From the NCBI RefSeq assembly GCF_902459465.1, contig NC_047064.1, forward strand, positions 15,376,001 through 15,440,000: a stretch of 64,000 nucleotides of DNA. The letters are read 5' to 3'. Position numbers and translations under genes: made by a program. Below the pieces are notes generated by a model, which saw nothing but the letters and a program-made list of their open reading frames with translations, was not told where the DNA came from and did not search any database. The DNA comes from Asterias rubens. Taxonomy: Eukaryota. Shown here piece after piece: positions 59,141-64,000 of this stretch (positions are counted from its first letter, which is position 1; the number at the start of each line of letters is the position of its first letter).

Positions 59141-61693
59141 ATGGCTCAACCACGCAGCTACCCAAGAATAGTACAAGATATCACAGGTATGATGTTTAAA
59201 GATGTTTGCTTTTACACACATTGGGTCTTCATGGTCACTTTCGGACTTATTGAAATGTCCATACTGATCAAAATAAGGTTATGAAAGGTGTCAACTTTTC
59301 CTCTGCATTGCCCTGTGCCGGTGCGTAGTGCAGGTTCTCAATTTGAGTGTTTAGTGCAAGTGCCTAGTAGAGGTACCCCTAGTCTGGATGCCTAGTGTTG
59401 TTTACCTATTAGTGCAAGTGCCTAGTAGAGGTACCCCTAGTCTGGATGCCTAGTGTTGTTTACCTATTAGTGCAAGTGCCTAGTAGAGGTACCCCGAGTC
59501 TGGATGCCTAGTGTTGTTTACCTATTAGTGCAAGTGCCTACATGTACATCATGTACCGGTAGTGTGGGAATTGCCTAGTAGTGTGCATGCTTACTTACTA
59601 CTACATCCATGTCCTTTAAAAACATTCAGCTCAAGTAGCTGTTTGACCATTATACATTAATAAATACCTTGGACGGTTTCAAGTGTCTGTTTGGTCAAAA
59701 CCCGGTCACGTGTGGGAGTGTTAACAATCGGTATAAAGACTGGCTTTGGAAAATAGCGAATAAGTGGCCCCAATTAAATCAGCATATGACGTGTAAACCT
59801 TGCGCGGTGCACTGTATCGCATGCTTATTTATATCCATGTTTAGTTTCATTGCAACTTCGCGCACTTGCGCGTACGCGCGCTGAAATAGTATCAATTTTG
59901 AGTGGGCGCGTGTAACAGGTGCGCGCATATAAACTGACGCTGAGCTCATGAGAACAGATCATTAAATGTAAAAGAGTCACTGGTCTCAAAGATCAATAAT
60001 GTGATTAACGCACGAAAGAGATGGGAACCATCAAACATGTGTCTAAAGCTCAAATATGGCCCCTGAACATGTTTGGAAGTACCGCCGAGAGAAAAGTTGG
60101 TTGGTGGCTGGCGCTGCTAATGGACCGAGCTGGAGGCGGGGTCCGTTAACAGCGCCAGCCACCAACCCGGTCATTACCACGCAGTGAAGACCGGGTACTC
60201 GCACTGTTATTCCCTAATTATAACATGGTTTGAAGGTGAACAGTTTATATTAGCTGCCTAAAGTATATTGGAAGTGAAAAACAAGTGTCCGAGGCGAAGT
60301 CTAGGGAACGTGCATAAACAGGTACCTGCCCTGTTGGTACGCAGCACCGGTGACACCGGTGTACATCACTTTTCATGTCGAGCCATGTAATATGCGTTTT
60401 TGTTGCGCGTCACATGATTGGTTCTCGACCAATCAAACTTCACAGTTTGTTACCAAGTTATAACAATGCCATTTGTCTCACGTTCAGTTCAGAAGTAGCC
60501 GGTAGTTTCATTATTGTATAAAATCTGTTATTTATTTCAGGTTGTGTCAATGATCTGAAGAAAGATTCCCAGGATTCTCAACTGCCAATCACAGACGATT
60601 CTTTAGCTCTGCATAAGTTCTGTGCTAAACTTGAATACCTTCTTCAGATAGACATGAAAAGTAGGTTACCATTCAATGTACGGTAGTATTTTAGCTGTAT
60701 CTAGACCTTAAGCCCGGTTTATACTTCCTGCGAACGCGAATGCGATACGAATGTTGACGTCACAAATTCGCAACGAATAATTCGCAGCAGTTCGACTCCG
60801 TTCAACTCACTTGCGAATATTGGTGCAAAAGGAGGGCTGTGATGTCAAAATCACATCAAATGATCGCTTCGCATTCACAGGAAGTATGAACCGTGCTTTA
60901 GACATTGATGTCATCCAGCTGTCATCTTAGAGGTAAAACGGTGACGAAACAAACAAAGCGCACAGATTTGTACACACCCGCACAGGATTGGCCAATGAAC
61001 AACCTCCTTTTTGACCTCTGGTTAAGAGTGCCTTACTGAAATCACGTCATGTGCATAAGGTCTATAACGGTGTCTACTTTGTGATGTTCTTGGTTCAATA
61101 AAACATAGGCACTACACAATGTACACTGAAACAGAATTGTTCACCTACTCATTAGGCATAAAAAAAAAACATGTTATGTTGGCATAACAGGCCCCCCCAA
61201 ATAGGGTAGGTAGGTAGGGATTTCTTTTTTTTTTTCTTTTGTTTTTCCCCCTCCCAGCAATGAAAATGACATGTTTTATAATTGTTTAAGCCGGTAGTAT
61301 CAAATTACAAAAGAAACACGGCTACACACAACAAATAGTATATCTTTAAACTCTTGATGACATTTATTTTATTTTTGTGTCTTTAAAACATTTTAATCAT
61401 TCAATTTCTTCCCTTGAAAAAAAGTATCCAGGGTCAGCCGTATTTTTAGGGTAGGTCAGGTTACGCCAACAAAACATTTTTTTTTATGCCTTATGGATTT
61501 TACCAATCGCACATGTACATAATGTACTGATTTGATTGCACAAATGGTTACATTCATTGTTTGTTCAATGATATTTACAGGTCGTTCCGGTTTGCTTGGG
61601 GGTCGTCGTGATTATTGGGACTACTTCTATAAATGCATGTATAAAGTCAAAGGATTGAATGATGGACTGAGATTTGTCAAAGCAATGTCGGAG
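59141..61693 (+). CDS. FYCO1: FYCO1-like RUN-domain protein, first three coding exons 59141-59186, 60541-60660, 61581-61693 (continues beyond the window)
   Basis: Translation is [13 protein letters not shown]...[21 protein letters not shown]...RRDYWDYF...[13 protein letters not shown], matching the FYCO1 N-terminus and RUN domain as recalled. Splice sites are GT-AG with phases 1,1,0. Confidence 0.88.
59352..59541. repeat. 58-bp tandem repeat, about 3.3 copies, in a FYCO1 intron
   Basis: The unit TAGTGCAAGTGCCTAGTAGAGGTACCCC... starts at 59352, 59410, 59468 and 59526. Confidence 0.92.
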
Positions 61694-64000
61694 GTAAGTG
61701 AAAAATAACCGCAAGTCAAATGTTAAAACAATACACTCCGTTTCAATTTGTGAGAGATGTTAGAGTAAAAAGAAACAGAGCTGAAAACTTTACTGAATTA
61801 AAAATCAGTACACTTAAAGAGACACGTTGCCTTGGATCGGGTGAGTTGGTATATGAAAAGGGTTTGAATACCATTTATTAGAAAGTGCATAATATGGTTA
61901 AAAAGATGTTTTAAAAGTAGAATATAAGGATCCACACCAAATTTCCTCGAAGTTGCCGCAGTGGCTCAGAGTGGAATAGGAGGAATAATATCGCAAGGTA
62001 AAGTTTGGACTGTTCGCCGAGGGAAATGGAACAGTCCAGTTTTACTGAGCGATATTATTCCTTCCATTCCACTCTGAGCCACTCAATATTTGTATACTAT
62101 CAACCTCTCCCCATTACTCGTCACCAAGAAAGGTTTTATGCTAATAATTATTTTGAGTAATTATCAATAGTGTCCACTGCCTTTAATGTCAGACCCATCT
62201 GAGACCAACCGAAAACCTCATCAAACAAACACCCAAACCCAATCCCCAGCATGTGCCGATGTTGTATATGCACACAGCTGGACTAGCACTGCAGTATTTT
62301 GTGGAGACAAAAATTTGACTTCACCAAATAGCGTGCCGTGTAAATTTAAGAAGATGCGGCAACTTCGAGGAAGTTTTGTGTGGATCCTTATATATCCTTG
62401 TCATTTGATGTATTTTAAAAGTTTAACGTTATGAAAAATCACACAAATTACTGACAACCAAAAATCATATAGCACCGTGTAGCGGCAACAATGCACAAAT
62501 CGGATCACAACCTTTTGCACAGGGGCGCCCTTGTTTTAGCAGCGGCGTGGCGGCGCTGTACTGCTCAAAAACATTGGGAACAAGGATGATCCTAACTGTT
62601 GAATGGGAAATGCTATTCCCCATGGGCGAATATGTCTTTTTGATCGCCGGTGCAGATGGGAGTAATAGTGAATGTCACGTGAAGTAACTTCCACCAATCA
62701 AATGACAAGGATCTGTGTGTCAGTTATATAATATTAAAAATTGTGAGAAACTGCTCCCTCTGAAGTGCCATAGGTTTCGAGAAAGAAGTAATTTTCCATG
62801 AAATTGATGTCGATTGTCGAGACCTCAGATTTAGAATTTGAGGATTTCGAAATCAACCATCTTAATGCACACAACTTCGTTCAAATTATCACAGGTTTGT
62901 TATTTTATGCATGTATGTTGAGATACAGCTAGTGAGAAGACTAGTCTTTGAAAATTACCAATAGTGTCCAGTGTCTTTAAGTGTGCTTGTTAAAGTTTAC
63001 TGTATGTTTTATCTAGTTCTAGTGCTCATAACGTCTCGCTTGCCTTTCGTTTTGAAATATGAATGTTTTATGTGTATAAATATTCTCCTGTGCTTTAAAA
63101 CAAAAATTAGATAAAAAAAATGCAAATCTGTATTTTAATTCAGTCTTTGGATTGCGACAAGCAGATGTATTTTATAGTGAACCGGTAATTATAACAATAC
63201 AAAATATCCATGTTGCTGATTGGAGTTTTCAGAGATAGTTGTTTGTTTCAAAGATTAAAAAAAACAAATTGAGAATCCTCATAATATTTGGCTCTCAGAA
63301 CCTGAAGTAAGTATTTATCGTGATAGAATATTAAAGAGACTGGACACTATTGGTTATTGTCAAAGAACTCACTTCAAGTACATGTACATGTCAAAGAACT
63401 CATTGATTGTACATTGATTGATCCTGATTCAATCTAGGTAATCCATTAAAGGATGTATACTTTTTGTAGGACAAAAAAACACAATGTCCACAGGGTTACA
63501 CTAAACTTACACAGTTTGAAGATAATGATAGTAGAAAGCTTCCCTGAAAATATTATGTCCTGAGGTACTGTAGTTTTTGGGAAATAAGTACAAACCTATT
63601 TTCATGACATTGTTTTACTCAGTTCGCAAAAACTACAGCACCTCAGTAAGTAATATTTATAGGGAAGCTTTCCACTATCATTATCTTAAAACCCTGTAAA
63701 TTTAATTTTGAAAAAGTACCCAAATCCTTTAAGGTGTCCTGTTCTTGTTGATTACATCTATAGGTCAAGTCATCTCTTGGGCGTGGTCGTGCTTTCATTC
63801 GTTACAGTTTAGTTCACCACAGACTTGGAGATAGTTTACAACAGTGCATCTCCAATACCAAGATAACCAGGTACCTTATAAAACCTTTCATGTGAAAATA
63901 ATCGATGGCCACTTTTGTTTCCGGATGAACCAAAATATTATGAAGCCTTGGTAATCAGTGCACTCATTGAACTGGGACTATGGGACACTAGCCCTCTTAT

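Overview
This is AT-rich, intron-containing animal DNA. Gene content and repeat families suggest an echinoderm, probably a sea star; that taxon call is an inference. I assembled spliced gene models by hand from GT-AG boundaries and reading-frame phase. In order: COX7C exon 1 (-, rest of the gene is off-window), HYPK (+, 4 coding exons), an AEN/ISG20L2-type DEDDh exonuclease (-, one coding exon), HDHD2 (+, 6 exons, 259 aa), and a DCST2-like sperm-fusion TM protein (-, at least 14 exons) with an unusual 193-aa K/Q/E-rich N-terminus. Next come an unrecognised 320-aa secreted precursor-like gene (+, 4 exons), a tRNA-Asn(GTT) cluster (2 intact, 2 degenerate copies) and the first three coding exons of a FYCO1-like RUN-domain gene (+). 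Introns and intergenic DNA hold many non-autonomous DNA transposons (TTAA/Kolobok-like, CWG/Harbinger-like, CACTG-ended, foldback), tRNA-derived SINEs, decayed R4-, L2-, RTE- and DIRS-type retroelements, two long palindromes and one 216-N gap. The most notable observations are the orphan secreted precursor, the same MITE family in the same orientation 25-32 bp after the stop codon of three genes, and the DCST2 N-terminal extension. All homology calls come from recalled family motifs, not database searches.
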